Shown in pieces: positions 31,241 to 41,493 of a stretch of 58,128 bases of DNA. Made by a program: the position numbers and the translations under genes. Source of the stretch: a bacterium (GTDB taxonomy: Bacteria > Chloroflexota > Dormibacteria > Aeolococcales > Aeolococcaceae). The DNA is taken from assembly GCA_021803465.1 (NCBI GenBank), contig JAJZLL010000041.1:66-58193 (forward strand). The letters run 5' to 3'. The notes beneath the pieces are model-generated. The model had not been told where the DNA came from and ran no database searches. It worked only from the letters and a program-made list of their open reading frames with translations. The first letter of the stretch is position 1, and the number at the start of each line of letters is the position of its first letter.

Positions 31241-32241
31241 CCCAGACACACACATACGCGCGACGGCGACGCATCCAGCGGGAGATCCATCGGGGACTGG
31301 AACTTGTCAGAGCAACGGAGTCAGCTGCGCTCACAGTGGGAAGGTGGCTTGGCCGTGGTGACAAGGTGGGGACCCGCGAGGGCTCCCAGCAGGCAATGTC
31401 AGACGCGCTTGAGGCAATGACCTTTGATGGCAGGATCGTGATAGGTGTCGATGATCCTGCGAGCCTTCTCCAGGTGGGACGCCATGTGGGCACAGGGCGG
31501 GAGCAGCTGGATCTCGCACTCCTTCCAGTGGATGGGATAAGCCTTGTGACAAATGGCTTCAGCCAGGCGCTGAGCATCGCAGTGAGCACGGAGTCAGGAG
31601 GCATACCAGCACCTCTTCCTGTGGCGTACATGGAGAAGATCGCAGTTGGGCCACAGGCACGGGGTGCCATCGACATTCTCGACACGCCAGAGAACAATCT
31701 CCGACGCATAGCATTCGCAATGGACATGCCCCTCCAGGATGTGACGGTTGTCATGCTGGACAGGCCGCGGCATGAACCACTCCTCCAGCGTGTCAGGGAA
31801 GTTGGTGTCAGGGTGGCACTCATCAGTGATGGAGATGTTGGAGCTGCAATGATGGCTGCGTGGCCAGGGAGTGGTATCCATGTGCTCATGGGGAGTGGTG
31901 GAACGAAGGAGGCAATACTCGCTGCCTGTGCGCTCCGATGCCTTGGGGGAGAACTCCAGTGCAAGCCGTGGGTCCGGCATGAGGAGGAGGCAGCTGCACT
32001 GCGCCATGTGAATCTGGATCCTGAAGGTGTCATTACAATGCATGACCTTGTGCCAGCAGGGGACATCTCCGTTGCTGTGACAGGAGTGACAGGGGGAGGG
32101 ATTCTCAAGGGTGTCCAGTACCATGACTGGTGGGCGGAGTCACACAGCCTGGTCATGCGGCTCAAGAGTGGCACGATCCGGGAGATCCGCACCCGGCACC
32201 ACTACGCCTCAATGCCTGAGCACAAGCAGCGCATCAACTGA
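31237..32241 (+). CDS. class II fructose-1,6-bisphosphatase (GlpX)-like protein lacking several metal/catalytic residues
   Basis: [12 protein letters not shown]...[49 protein letters not shown]; but IGVDD for IGEGE and LLPVDGI for VDPxEGT. Confidence 0.88.
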   Translation: MTQTHTYARRRRIQREIHRGLELVRATESAALTVGRWLGRGDKVGTREGSQQAMSDALEAMTFDGRIVIGVDDPASLLQVGRHVGTGREQLDLALLPVDGISLVTNGFSQALSIAVSTESGGIPAPLPVAYMEKIAVGPQARGAIDILDTPENNLRRIAFAMDMPLQDVTVVMLDRPRHEPLLQRVREVGVRVALISDGDVGAAMMAAWPGSGIHVLMGSGGTKEAILAACALRCLGGELQCKPWVRHEEEAAALRHVNLDPEGVITMHDLVPAGDISVAVTGVTGGGILKGVQYHDWWAESHSLVMRLKSGTIREIRTRHHYASMPEHKQRIN

Positions 32242-32306
32242 GGCTGGGTGCACGCCCGAGAAAGCTGGTCCAGCGCGAAGACATCTCTCCCATCGCTGCA
32301 GAGATG

Positions 32307-32344
32307 AAAACAGCCGGACCACCATGAGGGGCGATCCGGCTGTT
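32307..32344. terminator. probable intrinsic terminator between convergent glpX-like and clpP
   Basis: 10-bp inverted repeat AACAGCCGGA (32309-32318) / TCCGGCTGTT (32335-32344), 16-nt loop, with AAAA at 32307-32310 (U tract on the minus strand). Confidence 0.55.
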
Positions 32345-32364
32345 ACATTTCTTGGGTGTCTGGG

Positions 32365-33192
32365 TTAGGAGAGACCCTCGCCACCAGTCACTGGAGCTGC
32401 AGGGCTTGCATCCTGCCAGCCATCAGTTCCCTTGGTAGCCGCGTTCGGTGACTTTGATGCCTTCTCGGCACTGCGCCTTGCAGCTTCGACTGAAGGGATG
32501 GGCCGTCCAGGATAGTATCCACGGTACCCATGGTCCTTCTCAGCAGCGCTTCGCGCATTGGAGATACCGAAATCGACAGTATCGATGAGTCCAAACTCCT
32601 TGGCTTCTTCCGCTGACATCCAGTTGTCACGGTCAATGGCCCTGCGGTACTCCTCGGGTGTCTTTCCAGTGTGGAAGGCCATGAGGTTGACCATCTCGTC
32701 TTCCGTATGCTCCATCTCCTTCACCTGGGTCCTGATGTCCGCGATGTTGCCACCAGCTCCAGCAGACAGGTTGTGGATCATGATCCGTGCATTTGGCTTT
32801 GCGGAGCGCTTGTCGCCAGCTGCAAGCAGGATTGCGGCCATAGAAGCTGCCTCTCCAGTGCACACGGTATGAATCTGCGACCTGCAGGATTTCATCACCT
32901 CATAGATCGTCATGCCAGCTGTGACACTGCCACCACCTGAGTTGATGATGAGGGTGATGGGCTCAGAACCCATCTGGTCAAGAACCATGAGCTCATGGCG
33001 GATCATGAAGGCACTACCAGCAGTGATGGGACCATCAAGGGTGATGATCCTCTTCTCGAAGAGGTAGGTGACAGGATCAATGCCAACTGCACGTCCTGTG
33101 TCGTCCTTGCGAATGACGGTTGGGAACATGTACGAGGACATGTTCGGCTCTTGCGTCTCTTCGACCTCTGCTTGGTTGACGTTCTTCGCCAT
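32365..33192 (-). CDS. clpP: ATP-dependent Clp protease proteolytic subunit with N- and C-terminal extensions
   Basis: RII.L.G.I, INSGGGSV.AG, AASMAA (Ser), RIMIH (His), DRDNWMSAEEAKEFGLID (Asp); GAGGGG before ATG 33192. Confidence 0.93.
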   Translation of the reverse strand: MAKNVNQAEVEETQEPNMSSYMFPTVIRKDDTGRAVGIDPVTYLFEKRIITLDGPITAGSAFMIRHELMVLDQMGSEPITLIINSGGGSVTAGMTIYEVMKSCRSQIHTVCTGEAASMAAILLAAGDKRSAKPNARIMIHNLSAGAGGNIADIRTQVKEMEHTEDEMVNLMAFHTGKTPEEYRRAIDRDNWMSAEEAKEFGLIDTVDFGISNARSAAEKDHGYRGYYPGRPIPSVEAARRSAEKASKSPNAATKGTDGWQDASPAAPVTGGEGLS

Positions 33193-33246
33193 CAAGACCC
33201 CCCTCGTATTCATCTGACTTCGTTAGACTATATGATCAACTCGGAC

Positions 33247-33274
33247 AATATACGGACAAATGGGGGTCCGTCAA
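33247..33274 (-). promoter_or_regulatory. sigma70-type promoter for clpP
   Basis: Minus strand TTGACG-N16-TATATT. Confidence 0.6.
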
Positions 33275-33315
33275 GCCCCTTGGCACATTCCGGGAGGTTT
33301 CGGCCAAGGGGAGTG

Positions 33316-33324
33316 TGGTATAAC
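33316..33324 (+). promoter_or_regulatory. extended -10 (TGgTATAAC); probable leaderless rpmE promoter
   Basis: TATAAC 33319-33324 ends 7 nt before ATG 33332. Confidence 0.55.
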
Positions 33325-33331
33325 GGACTGT

Positions 33332-33541
33332 ATGAAATCGAACATCCATCCCACGTATTATGCCGAAACAGTCGTGAAGTGCATGTGCGGCAACGAGTTC
33401 ACCACGGGGTCGACCGTACCGGAAATCAAGACTGAAGTGTGCAACGTGTGCCATCCGTTCTATACCGGCACCCAGCGCATTGTTGACACTGGTGGACAGG
33501 TTGAGCGGTTCCGTCGCCGTGCGGAGAAGGCTGCCCACTAA
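33332..33541 (+). CDS. rpmE: 50S ribosomal protein L31 (Cys-containing type)
   Basis: [32 protein letters not shown]. Confidence 0.97.
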   Translation: MKSNIHPTYYAETVVKCMCGNEFTTGSTVPEIKTEVCNVCHPFYTGTQRIVDTGGQVERFRRRAEKAAH

Positions 33542-33606
33542 CGTTCAGCTGGGGGGCTTCACAGCATCCGCATGGACTGGGGAGTTCTGTCCGGGAGTAC
33601 TCTGGA

Positions 33607-34686
33607 ATGTCCTCGTTTGATGACCGCCTTGCAGAACTCGAGGCACGATACGCTGCGATCGAGGAAGAGCTTGCGAGTCCTGACGTGTACACGGACCACG
33701 TGAAGGTCCAGCACCTTTCACAGGAGCGGACACAGCTTGACGAGGTGGTAAGCGCCATCCGGAACTGGAGGGCAACTGAGCATGATGTTGCGGAAGCTGA
33801 GGAGCTCCTCCACACGGAATCGGACCCTGAGCTGCTTGAGCTTGCGGAGGAGCAGATGCACTCCGCCAAGGAGGCAGGCGAGCAGGCACTCATGGCACTG
33901 AAGAAACTTCTCCTTCCCGAAGATCCGCGCGATGCGCGTGATGTCGTAGTGGAGATCCGTGCGGGCACTGGAGGAGAGGAGGCTGCACTGTTCGCAGGAG
34001 ACCTGTTCCGCATGTACAGCAGATACGCGGAACAGCATCGCTGGTCGATAGAGGTGATGTCCTCCAGTCCATCCGATTCCCATGGCTTCAAGGAACTCAT
34101 CTTTGAGGTGAAGGGGCGTGGTGTGTACTCCCACCTCAAATACGAGTCAGGAGTCCACCGTGTGCAGCGTGTTCCAGAGACGGAATCGCAGGGACGGGTG
34201 CACACCTCCGCAGCAACAGTTGCCGTGCTCCCTGAGGCAGAGGAGATCGAGGTGGAGATCAAGGAGGAGGAGCTCCGCATTGATGTCTTCCGGAGCACTG
34301 GACCTGGTGGGCAGAGTGTCAACACCACTGACTCCGCAGTGCGCATCACGCACCTGCCGACAGGCATGGTGGTCACCTGCCAGGATGAGAAGTCGCAGAT
34401 CAAGAACCGGGCAAAGGCGCTCAAGGTTCTCCGTGCCCGGCTGTACGACCGCATGCTTGAGGAACAGCAGAGCGAACTGAGCCAGGCGCGTCGGGCAATG
34501 GTGGGAACAGGTGACAGGAGTGAGAAGATCCGCACATACAACTTCCCCCAGGGACGGGTGACAGACCACCGCATCGACCTCACACTGTACCAGCTCCCTA
34601 AGGTACTGGAAGGCGATCTCGATTCCATTGTCGAGCCGCTCATGCAGGATGACCAGGCGAAGCGTCTCCTTGCGCAGGAAGCATGA
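33607..34686 (+). CDS. prfA: peptide chain release factor 1
   Basis: [20 protein letters not shown] (PxT), [19 protein letters not shown]. Confidence 0.98.
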   Translation: MSSFDDRLAELEARYAAIEEELASPDVYTDHVKVQHLSQERTQLDEVVSAIRNWRATEHDVAEAEELLHTESDPELLELAEEQMHSAKEAGEQALMALKKLLLPEDPRDARDVVVEIRAGTGGEEAALFAGDLFRMYSRYAEQHRWSIEVMSSSPSDSHGFKELIFEVKGRGVYSHLKYESGVHRVQRVPETESQGRVHTSAATVAVLPEAEEIEVEIKEEELRIDVFRSTGPGGQSVNTTDSAVRITHLPTGMVVTCQDEKSQIKNRAKALKVLRARLYDRMLEEQQSELSQARRAMVGTGDRSEKIRTYNFPQGRVTDHRIDLTLYQLPKVLEGDLDSIVEPLMQDDQAKRLLAQEA

Positions 34687-35591
34687 CCCGATCGCCTTTT
34701 CTTGTGAAGGATGCCCTAGTCCGGGGCACAACGTATCTCCGGGAGCATGGCTGTGGGCAGGCACGGCTCGATGCGGAGCTCCTCATTGCCGAAGTTATTC
34801 AAACCGACAGGGTCCATGTGTACATGGAACTCGAAAGGCCCCTCACGGCATCTGAGCAGGATGAACTCAGGGAACTGCTCGTCCGTCGGGGCAGGGGAGA
34901 GCCCACTGCGTATCTTTGTGGTGAGCGGGAGTTCCATGGCAGAGAGTTTTTTGTGAGCAGTGCTGTCCTTATCCCACGGCCAGAAACGGAAACGGTTGTC
35001 GAGGTCGCACTCCATGAGGCAGCAGCTCTTGGGAAAGATGCGGGAACGACAGTGCGTCTCCTTGATGCGGGTACGGGGAGCGGGTGCATTGCACTCACTC
35101 TCGCCCTCGAATGTCCAGGGCTCGCAGTCACTGCTCTCGATGTGAGTGCTGACGCGCTTGCTGTTGCCCGTGCAAACGCAGAGCGGTACAGTCTTGGAAA
35201 TGTGGTGGACTTCCGCGAAGGGACATGGGAGACTGCTCTCCGCAGTGGCGAACAGTGGGACATCATTGTGAGCAACCCGCCATATGTCACTGCGGAGGAG
35301 TGGCAGGGCCTCGACAGGGATGTCCGAGAGTTTGAGCCGGAGCTTGCCCTCTTCGGTGGTGAGGATGGACTTGGACCGTATCGTGAGATCGTCGCAGGTG
35401 CGAAGAGTGGACTCAGTAGGCCAGGCATCCTCGTATTCGAGGTGGATCCGAGAAGGTACGATGATGTGGCCTCAATCGTTCTCGACGCGTTTCCCCATGC
35501 TATCATTGGCTCGGCAGTGGACCTGACAGACAGGAAGCGCGTGCTCACTGCCAGATGTGCGAGCCTGCATGAACCCGGTGTCACAACATGA
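34683..35591 (+). CDS. prmC: release factor glutamine methyltransferase
   Basis: [25 protein letters not shown]; overlaps the prfA stop. Confidence 0.96.
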   Translation: MTRSPFLVKDALVRGTTYLREHGCGQARLDAELLIAEVIQTDRVHVYMELERPLTASEQDELRELLVRRGRGEPTAYLCGEREFHGREFFVSSAVLIPRPETETVVEVALHEAAALGKDAGTTVRLLDAGTGSGCIALTLALECPGLAVTALDVSADALAVARANAERYSLGNVVDFREGTWETALRSGEQWDIIVSNPPYVTAEEWQGLDRDVREFEPELALFGGEDGLGPYREIVAGAKSGLSRPGILVFEVDPRRYDDVASIVLDAFPHAIIGSAVDLTDRKRVLTARCASLHEPGVTT

Positions 35592-36325
35592 AGCCAGACA
35601 GTTCGCTCGTGCGCTCCATAGGAGCGCTTGTTGATCAGCTGAACGCTGAGGGAGTCGATCCTGCACGCACGAAGTGGCTTGGCGAGCAGAAGAACCTCCT
35701 CATAGAGTCACATCAGGTTGGCAACATCGAGGCGGCGCTCAAGGTGCTTGAGGGGAGGCTTGGTGACCTGTACGAATCCGTGGTAGTGACTGATGGACGC
35801 CATGCACTCAGGGGTGGCTTTGCCTCACTCATTGCCGAAGTCACAACCCTTCAGGAACAGATTCGGGCAGGCAAGTTTGTTCCGGATACTCCACCTGCTC
35901 CTCCGCCATTGCAGGCAGCACACCGGGAGGAAAGTGCCACAACCGGCGAAGATGGAAGCGAGGCAGCTGTCCGCTTGATGCCTCGCGAGGATGCTTCCCG
36001 CATGGGTCTCATCGGACTTGTCACTGCTGCCATTGGCCTTGTCTTCATCTTTGTTGCCATAGCATCGCTCGCTGTCCTCCCAGCTGGAGCCTGCAGCCTT
36101 CCGTCAACCGCAACAAAGACGTGGCTTGGGCTTGTGGGGAGTCTCGTGTTCGGCGTGCTCACCATCATTAACCAGTCAATAGAGAACCAGCGCCAGCGAC
36201 GCATGCGCGGATCCAACGCACTTCCCCGTGGTGCACACACGCTCCAGCTCTTTGGGATCATCCAGATTGGGTTGTTTGGGCTGATTGTGCTGGTGCTGCA
36301 TGCTCACGGCTGCAGTGTCCTTTAA
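35588..36325 (+). CDS. hypothetical membrane protein (soluble N-domain, three C-terminal TMs)
   Basis: ATGA overlap with prmC; three hydrophobic helices; no family recognised. Confidence 0.7.
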   Translation: MKPDSSLVRSIGALVDQLNAEGVDPARTKWLGEQKNLLIESHQVGNIEAALKVLEGRLGDLYESVVVTDGRHALRGGFASLIAEVTTLQEQIRAGKFVPDTPPAPPPLQAAHREESATTGEDGSEAAVRLMPREDASRMGLIGLVTAAIGLVFIFVAIASLAVLPAGACSLPSTATKTWLGLVGSLVFGVLTIINQSIENQRQRRMRGSNALPRGAHTLQLFGIIQIGLFGLIVLVLHAHGCSVL

Positions 36326-36348
36326 GGGGGACAGGAGGAGCGACTGGC

Positions 36349-36915
36349 ATGCGAGGACTGCTGACCACGCTTCTCAACAGGTCGCCGAGACTCCTCAACT
36401 GGTATCCGCCATTCATTGGGGCAGGAATTCGGGTGAAGTCCATTGCGCCAGACTATCGCAGGTGCGAGGTGGTGATGCCATTACGGTGGTGGAACCGCAA
36501 TTATGTCGGAACTCAGTTCGGGGGCTCGCTGTACATGATGGCGGATCCGTTTTTCATGCTGATGATGATGCATCAGCTTGGATCCGGATACATTGTCTGG
36601 GACAAGGCAGCAACCATCCGCTTCCGGAACCCGGGCCGGGGTGCAGTCCACTGTGTATTCACCCTGACTGACGAGGATATCTCAGAAGCGCGGCAGGGTG
36701 CTGACACGCTTGGCAAGCATGACTACACGCTCACTGCTTCGATCGTGGACGATGCGGGAACGTGCATTGCTGAAGTGGAGAAGGTGCTCTACATAAGAAA
36801 GAGGAAGGAGGGAGAGTCGTACCACACGAAGTCAGTGTCATCTCCCCCTCGGGAAGCATCACAGGGAAGTCACAGGAGTGCAAAGCATTTGAAGGGGGGG
36901 ACAGATTCCCCGTAG
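36349..36915 (+). CDS. hotdog-fold DUF4442/PaaI-like thioesterase
   Basis: N.YPPF.GAGIRV, NRNYVGTQFGGSLY, DPFFMLM, VWDKAATIRF; AGGAGG SD. Confidence 0.88.
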   Translation: MRGLLTTLLNRSPRLLNWYPPFIGAGIRVKSIAPDYRRCEVVMPLRWWNRNYVGTQFGGSLYMMADPFFMLMMMHQLGSGYIVWDKAATIRFRNPGRGAVHCVFTLTDEDISEARQGADTLGKHDYTLTASIVDDAGTCIAEVEKVLYIRKRKEGESYHTKSVSSPPREASQGSHRSAKHLKGGTDSP

Positions 36916-36924
36916 CCTTGGCAT

Positions 36925-37740
36925 ATGGACCTTGATGCCCTCCACTCCTCTGCGCCAGCACCACTGGAACAGGCCGGAGAACTCCGGCGAAGCTCGTGCA
37001 CTGTACGCATCATCCATCCCGACGACTGCCGACCAAAGCCAGGGAGCTTTGATGCGGATCCAGCAGTTGCTCCACCGCCATGGAAAGCCTCGCAGGAGGA
37101 GCTTGCTCTCGCGACTGCGCTCGAGCCTGGAGCCATCCTTAGCATGGTGGATCCATTTCTCTGCACAGACGGGGTGTACTACGTTGCAACTGCATGGTCA
37201 GTGACTGCCGTGTTCAAGCCGGCTGCGGAGATCGACTCGTCACGGGAGCTTGTCCCTCTGCGCACAAACCATCTGAGAGAGGTTGCAGCATACCGGCTTT
37301 CCCGGCTTCTGGGGTTCCCAGATGTGCCGGCCACACTTGCTGTAGTCGAAGAGGGACGTGGGCCAGGGTCGCTTCGGACATATGTCTTGGGACGGGTGCT
37401 TGAGGATGATGCGGGGATGGATGCGAAGCTTGAGGCGCTCAACGTGTTCGATTTCCTCATTGGAAGCCAGGACAGGCACAGGGAGAATGTCATCATTTCA
37501 GCGGGAAATGTTCCTGTTCCGATTGACAATGGACTCTCATTTCCTATCAGTGATGAGCGGGAGAGCCTCCGGCTCCTCGGACCTCTTCCCTCGCTTCCCC
37601 TTCCCCAGACCTCTCCGCTGCGAAGGAAACTTGCAGGAGTGCACCCGGACACCATTGCAGCGCTTCTTCTGGACTGCGGCATAGAGAAGGAAGCAGTGGA
37701 TGGCGTTCACGCACGGAGGATCGCACTCCTCAGGGGATGA
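36925..37740 (+). CDS. atypical PI3/4-kinase-superfamily protein
   Basis: VFKP, REVAAY.LS.LLG..VP.T, FDFLIG.QDRH.EN, IDNGLSFP. Confidence 0.75.
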   Translation: MDLDALHSSAPAPLEQAGELRRSSCTVRIIHPDDCRPKPGSFDADPAVAPPPWKASQEELALATALEPGAILSMVDPFLCTDGVYYVATAWSVTAVFKPAAEIDSSRELVPLRTNHLREVAAYRLSRLLGFPDVPATLAVVEEGRGPGSLRTYVLGRVLEDDAGMDAKLEALNVFDFLIGSQDRHRENVIISAGNVPVPIDNGLSFPISDERESLRLLGPLPSLPLPQTSPLRRKLAGVHPDTIAALLLDCGIEKEAVDGVHARRIALLRG

Positions 37741-37759
37741 TGCATCCCGCAGGGATGCA
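37741..37759 (+). terminator. hairpin immediately after the kinase-like gene stop
   Basis: Perfect 8-bp stem TGCATCCC-GCA-GGGATGCA; no U tract, so its role is uncertain. Confidence 0.35.
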
Positions 37760-37790
37760 GAGGCGTGAACGGTTGTGACACAGTGCAGGT

Positions 37791-38396
37791 ATGGGTCAGG
37801 CACCCCTCTTTACAACGATTGATGCAGCGCATGCCCTTGCAGAGGGAGCTGTGCTTGCCATACCGACGGATACGGTATATGGACTGGCATGCGATCCCTC
37901 CAATGCGGCCGCTGTGGAAAGGATCTATGCCATCAAGGGGCGGCCAGCCTCGCTTGAGCTCACCATCATGGGCAGCAGCTGGAAAGACGTGCTGGCTGTG
38001 TGCTCTCCAACCCATGAGGCGGAGATCCTTGCAGCAGCATTCCTTCCTGGTCCCCTTGCGCTCGTGCTTCCTGTCCGGGTGCCACGCGCATACGTTGTCC
38101 CGCGTTCGGGTTCGACAGTCGCTGTGCGGGTGCCGGACCACGAAGTGATCCGCGATCTGTGCGGACATGCTGGCCTTCTTGCAACGACGAGCGCAAACCC
38201 CCATGGAGTGCCAGCTGCACAGTCGGTTGAGGAAGTGCATGAACATCTGGGAGACAGCATTGATGGGGTGCTTGCTGGAGCGTGCGCATTTGGCATGGCA
38301 TCAACTATCATTGATTGCACAGGCAACCCCGTGAACTTGCTGAGGACGGGACCGATTCCGTTTGAGGACATTCGCGCAGTGATTGCGGAGGCGTGA
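37791..38396 (+). CDS. tsaC: L-threonylcarbamoyladenylate synthase (TsaC/YrdC)
   Basis: [36 protein letters not shown]. Confidence 0.93.
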   Translation: MGQAPLFTTIDAAHALAEGAVLAIPTDTVYGLACDPSNAAAVERIYAIKGRPASLELTIMGSSWKDVLAVCSPTHEAEILAAAFLPGPLALVLPVRVPRAYVVPRSGSTVAVRVPDHEVIRDLCGHAGLLATTSANPHGVPAAQSVEEVHEHLGDSIDGVLAGACAFGMASTIIDCTGNPVNLLRTGPIPFEDIRAVIAEA

Positions 38397-38436
38397 CTGT
38401 GGAAAATGGACTGCACGTCCCACGTGGAGGAGAATG

Positions 38437-39737
38437 ATGACACCGCGAGGAACTGCAGAAGAGGGGAGCACATCAGTGCTCGCCACAACACCATCCCTTG
38501 AGCGGGTATTCGCTGCCGATCCGGAAACTGCAGGGCTCATGGAACGGGAGCTTGTGCGTCAGGAGACCACCCTCGAGCTCATTCCTTCCGAGAACATCGC
38601 CTCGCCAGCAGTGCTGCAGGCACTGGGATCATGGCTCAACAACAAGTATGCCGAAGGCGTTCCCGGGAAGCGGTACTACGGTGGATGCGAGATTGTGGAT
38701 CAGGTGGAGGACCTTGCTCGCAAGCGGGCATGCGAACTCTTTGGCGCAGACCATGCGAATGTCCAGCCACATTCTGGATCCAATGCCAACATGGCTGTGT
38801 ACCAGGCGCTGCTTGAGCCGGGAGACCGTGTGCTGGGCATGGCTCTTGACCATGGAGGCCATCTCTCCCATGGATCGCCCGTGAATTTCTCTGGCAAGCA
38901 CTACGATTTCCATTCGTACACCGTGTCTGAGCGCACTGGAAGGATCGAGTACGATGAGGTCCGCGCAGTCGCGCTCGCGGTGCGACCGAAGCTCATCGTT
39001 GCTGGCTACAGCGCCTATCCACGCACACTCGACTGGGCTGCGTTCAAGGACATCGCCCAGGAGGTGGGGGCACGGCTCATGGTTGACATGGCGCATGTGG
39101 CTGGACTAGTCGCAGGTGGGGTGCATCCAAGTCCTGTGCCGCATGCGGATGTGGTGACGATGACCACGCACAAGACGCTCCGTGGTCCGTGGGGAGGACT
39201 CATCCTCTGCCGCGAGGAGCTTGCCAGGCGATTGACAAGGCCGTCTGTCCTGGAACCCAGGGTGGTCCACATCTCCATGCGATTGCTGCGAAGGCAGTCA
39301 TGCTCCACCAGTGCATGCAGCCATCATTCCGTGACTATGCGGCTGCCGTTGTCGCAAATGCGCAGGCACTCGCTGATGCGCTCACCTCATGTGGTGCGAC
39401 CCTCGTCACTGGTGGTACGGACAACCATCTCATGCTCATCGATCTCCGGCCGCTTGGCATCGGGGGACGCCGTGTGCAGCAGGTGTGCGATTCCGTAGGC
39501 ATCACACTCAATGCGAACACGTTCCCATATCACGGTGGGACACCCTTCAATCCCAATGGCATCCGCCTTGGCACTCCGTCAGTGACATCGAGGGGGATGG
39601 GCACAGGCGAGATGCGCACCATAGCAGAACTCCTCTGGAGCCTTCTCAGCAATCTCGAGGATCCTGGTGTGCACGAGACGGTGCAGCATGCGACAAGGGA
39701 ACTGTGCAGGGCATTCCCCCTTCCGTATCGGAGCTGA
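38437..39737 (+). pseudogene. glyA: serine hydroxymethyltransferase split by a 1-nt frameshift near 39225 (true lesion or sequence error)
   Basis: First frame: [35 protein letters not shown]; second frame (ORF 39189..39737): AIDKAV.PG.QGGP, GGTDNHL, GIRLGT. GAG CTT GCC AGG CG ATT GAC lacks one base. Confidence 0.9.
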
Positions 39738-39744
39738 AGGGAAC

Positions 39745-40920
39745 ATGATGCTGCTCGAAGTCTCCACTCCTTGGCTCCAGGCAGTTCCTGCATTCCTCAT
39801 CGCTGGCATTGTCACCCTTGCAGCAGTGCCGCTCTCAATGATGCTCGCACGGCATGTGGGCGCTGTCGCCCAGCCTGATGCGAGGAAGCTCCATGCCCGG
39901 CCCACGCCCCAGCTTGGGGGAGTCGCCATGGCAGCTGGGTTTCTCGTCGCGCTTGCTGTCTACCACGGTTCGATCACGATGGTTGGCATCATTGCAGCAG
40001 CGCTTGTGCTCATTGTGGTGGTCATGACGCTCGACGACATCTACGAGCTTCACTGGTGGATGAAGCTCGTACCAGAAATTCTCGTGGGCATCATGCTTGC
40101 TGCAGGAGGTGTCGCGATCACGTTTGTCGCACTGCCAGGTGGTGCGCATGGAGCCCATATCGTCGAACTTGGCGTGCTCGCTGTGCCTGTGACTGTCGTG
40201 TGGGTTGTGGGCATGCAGAATTCCATCAATCTTCTTGATGGATCGGATGGAGTCGCTGCGGGCGTTGTCGCCATCGTTGCGATCGTCTCGCTGCTTGCAG
40301 CTGTCACCAGAAGTGATGTTGCTCAGACGACGGAGAGCGGCGTCATCATCATGTCAGGCGCTCTCTGCGGAGTGTGCATCGCGTTTCTCGTGTTCAACCT
40401 TCCGCCCGCCCAGGTGTTCATGGGCGATTCAGGAAGCCATTTCCTGGGAACAGCGATTGCCATCATCACCATACTTGCTGTGGCGAAACTTGCTGTCGCG
40501 TTATCGCTCCTCGTGCCGCTCATCGCACTGGGACTCCCCATTGGAGACACTGCAGCAGCCATCATCCGGCGGAAGTGGAATGGAAAAGGCATCATGGAGG
40601 CGGATGCAGGACACCTCCATCACAGGCTCCGTGCGCTTGGACTCACTCCGATGGAAACTGCAGTCACCTTCTATGTGATCACTGCAGTCCTTGGGTGCAT
40701 ATCGCTATTCATCATCGGTCACCAGCGGGTGCTCGCAGTCATCGTGGCGCTCTTCATCATCGTTCTCGTGGGCATTGGCGCCCGCCTCTATGCGCGAAAC
40801 CGGACTGAGAGCACTGCAACCTCAGCAGGAGAACTCACCATTGAGGTGGAGGGACGGCGTGAGTTTGGTGGCAGAGGAGACCATGAGCCACATGTGCACC
40901 GTCATGGCGGAGATGAATGA
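39745..40920 (+). CDS. MraY/WecA/TagO-family polyprenyl-phosphate HexNAc-1-phosphate transferase
   Basis: RKLH..PTP.LGG, LDD, NLLDGSDG, FMGDSG, HLHH; multiple TMs. Confidence 0.93.
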   Translation: MMLLEVSTPWLQAVPAFLIAGIVTLAAVPLSMMLARHVGAVAQPDARKLHARPTPQLGGVAMAAGFLVALAVYHGSITMVGIIAAALVLIVVVMTLDDIYELHWWMKLVPEILVGIMLAAGGVAITFVALPGGAHGAHIVELGVLAVPVTVVWVVGMQNSINLLDGSDGVAAGVVAIVAIVSLLAAVTRSDVAQTTESGVIIMSGALCGVCIAFLVFNLPPAQVFMGDSGSHFLGTAIAIITILAVAKLAVALSLLVPLIALGLPIGDTAAAIIRRKWNGKGIMEADAGHLHHRLRALGLTPMETAVTFYVITAVLGCISLFIIGHQRVLAVIVALFIIVLVGIGARLYARNRTESTATSAGELTIEVEGRREFGGRGDHEPHVHRHGGDE

Positions 40921-41138
40921 GTCCGGACCGGACAGGGAAGCGCCCACCGTCCAGTCTTGATCTTGGCATAGCCATACGTCTTGCGCTTGGTTTCCTAGTT
41001 CCATTCCTCATTGGTGTGGGCCTTGCATCAGTACTCCATGGAGCCGCCTGGTGCATCCTCGCTGGAATAGGAACTGGTATTCTCGTGATGGGGGTGATTC
41101 TTGCTGGAGTTGTCCGCGACCTGCTTCACCACCCGTAG
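40917..41138 (+). CDS. AtpZ/AtpI-like small membrane protein
   Basis: Two TM helices; first gene of the atp cluster. Confidence 0.65.
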   Translation: MSPDRTGKRPPSSLDLGIAIRLALGFLVPFLIGVGLASVLHGAAWCILAGIGTGILVMGVILAGVVRDLLHHP

Positions 41139-41150
41139 GAGGAGTTTGGG

Positions 41151-41483
41151 GTGAAGACGATCGTCATGCGCGTTGGCATCGTGGCAGCTGTGCTTGCCAT
41201 TGCAGCGACAGCTGCAGGAATGGCAATGCACAGGCCGTATCTTGGCATCTTTGTTGTCGTTGGCTTCGCGCTTGCAGCATCAAACCTTGCGTATGTGCGA
41301 AAACTGCAGCGGAATGTCGGTGCCTTTGTCCTTGTCACCCTTGCGCGACTCGCACTGCTCACGGTTGTCGTGCTTGGGATCGGCTTCGTTTTTTCCATGT
41401 GGCCAGCTATCGTCACAGCATTTGCGATCGCGATCGCGGAACTCATTATTGGCTCGATGTATGCTGCCCGATACTTAGTATGA
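41151..41483 (+). CDS. ATP synthase protein I-like membrane protein
   Basis: Four TM helices with an Arg in helix 3; AGGAGG SD; directly upstream of atpB. Confidence 0.7.
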   Translation: MKTIVMRVGIVAAVLAIAATAAGMAMHRPYLGIFVVVGFALAASNLAYVRKLQRNVGAFVLVTLARLALLTVVVLGIGFVFSMWPAIVTAFAIAIAELIIGSMYAARYLV

Positions 41484-41493
41484 TGGTTCAGAC

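Noticed and set aside
39230-39498. C-terminal extension of ORF 38383..39498, or a programmed frameshift in glyA
   Set aside because: The tail is out-of-frame read-through; no slippery sequence or stimulatory signal seen at the shift.
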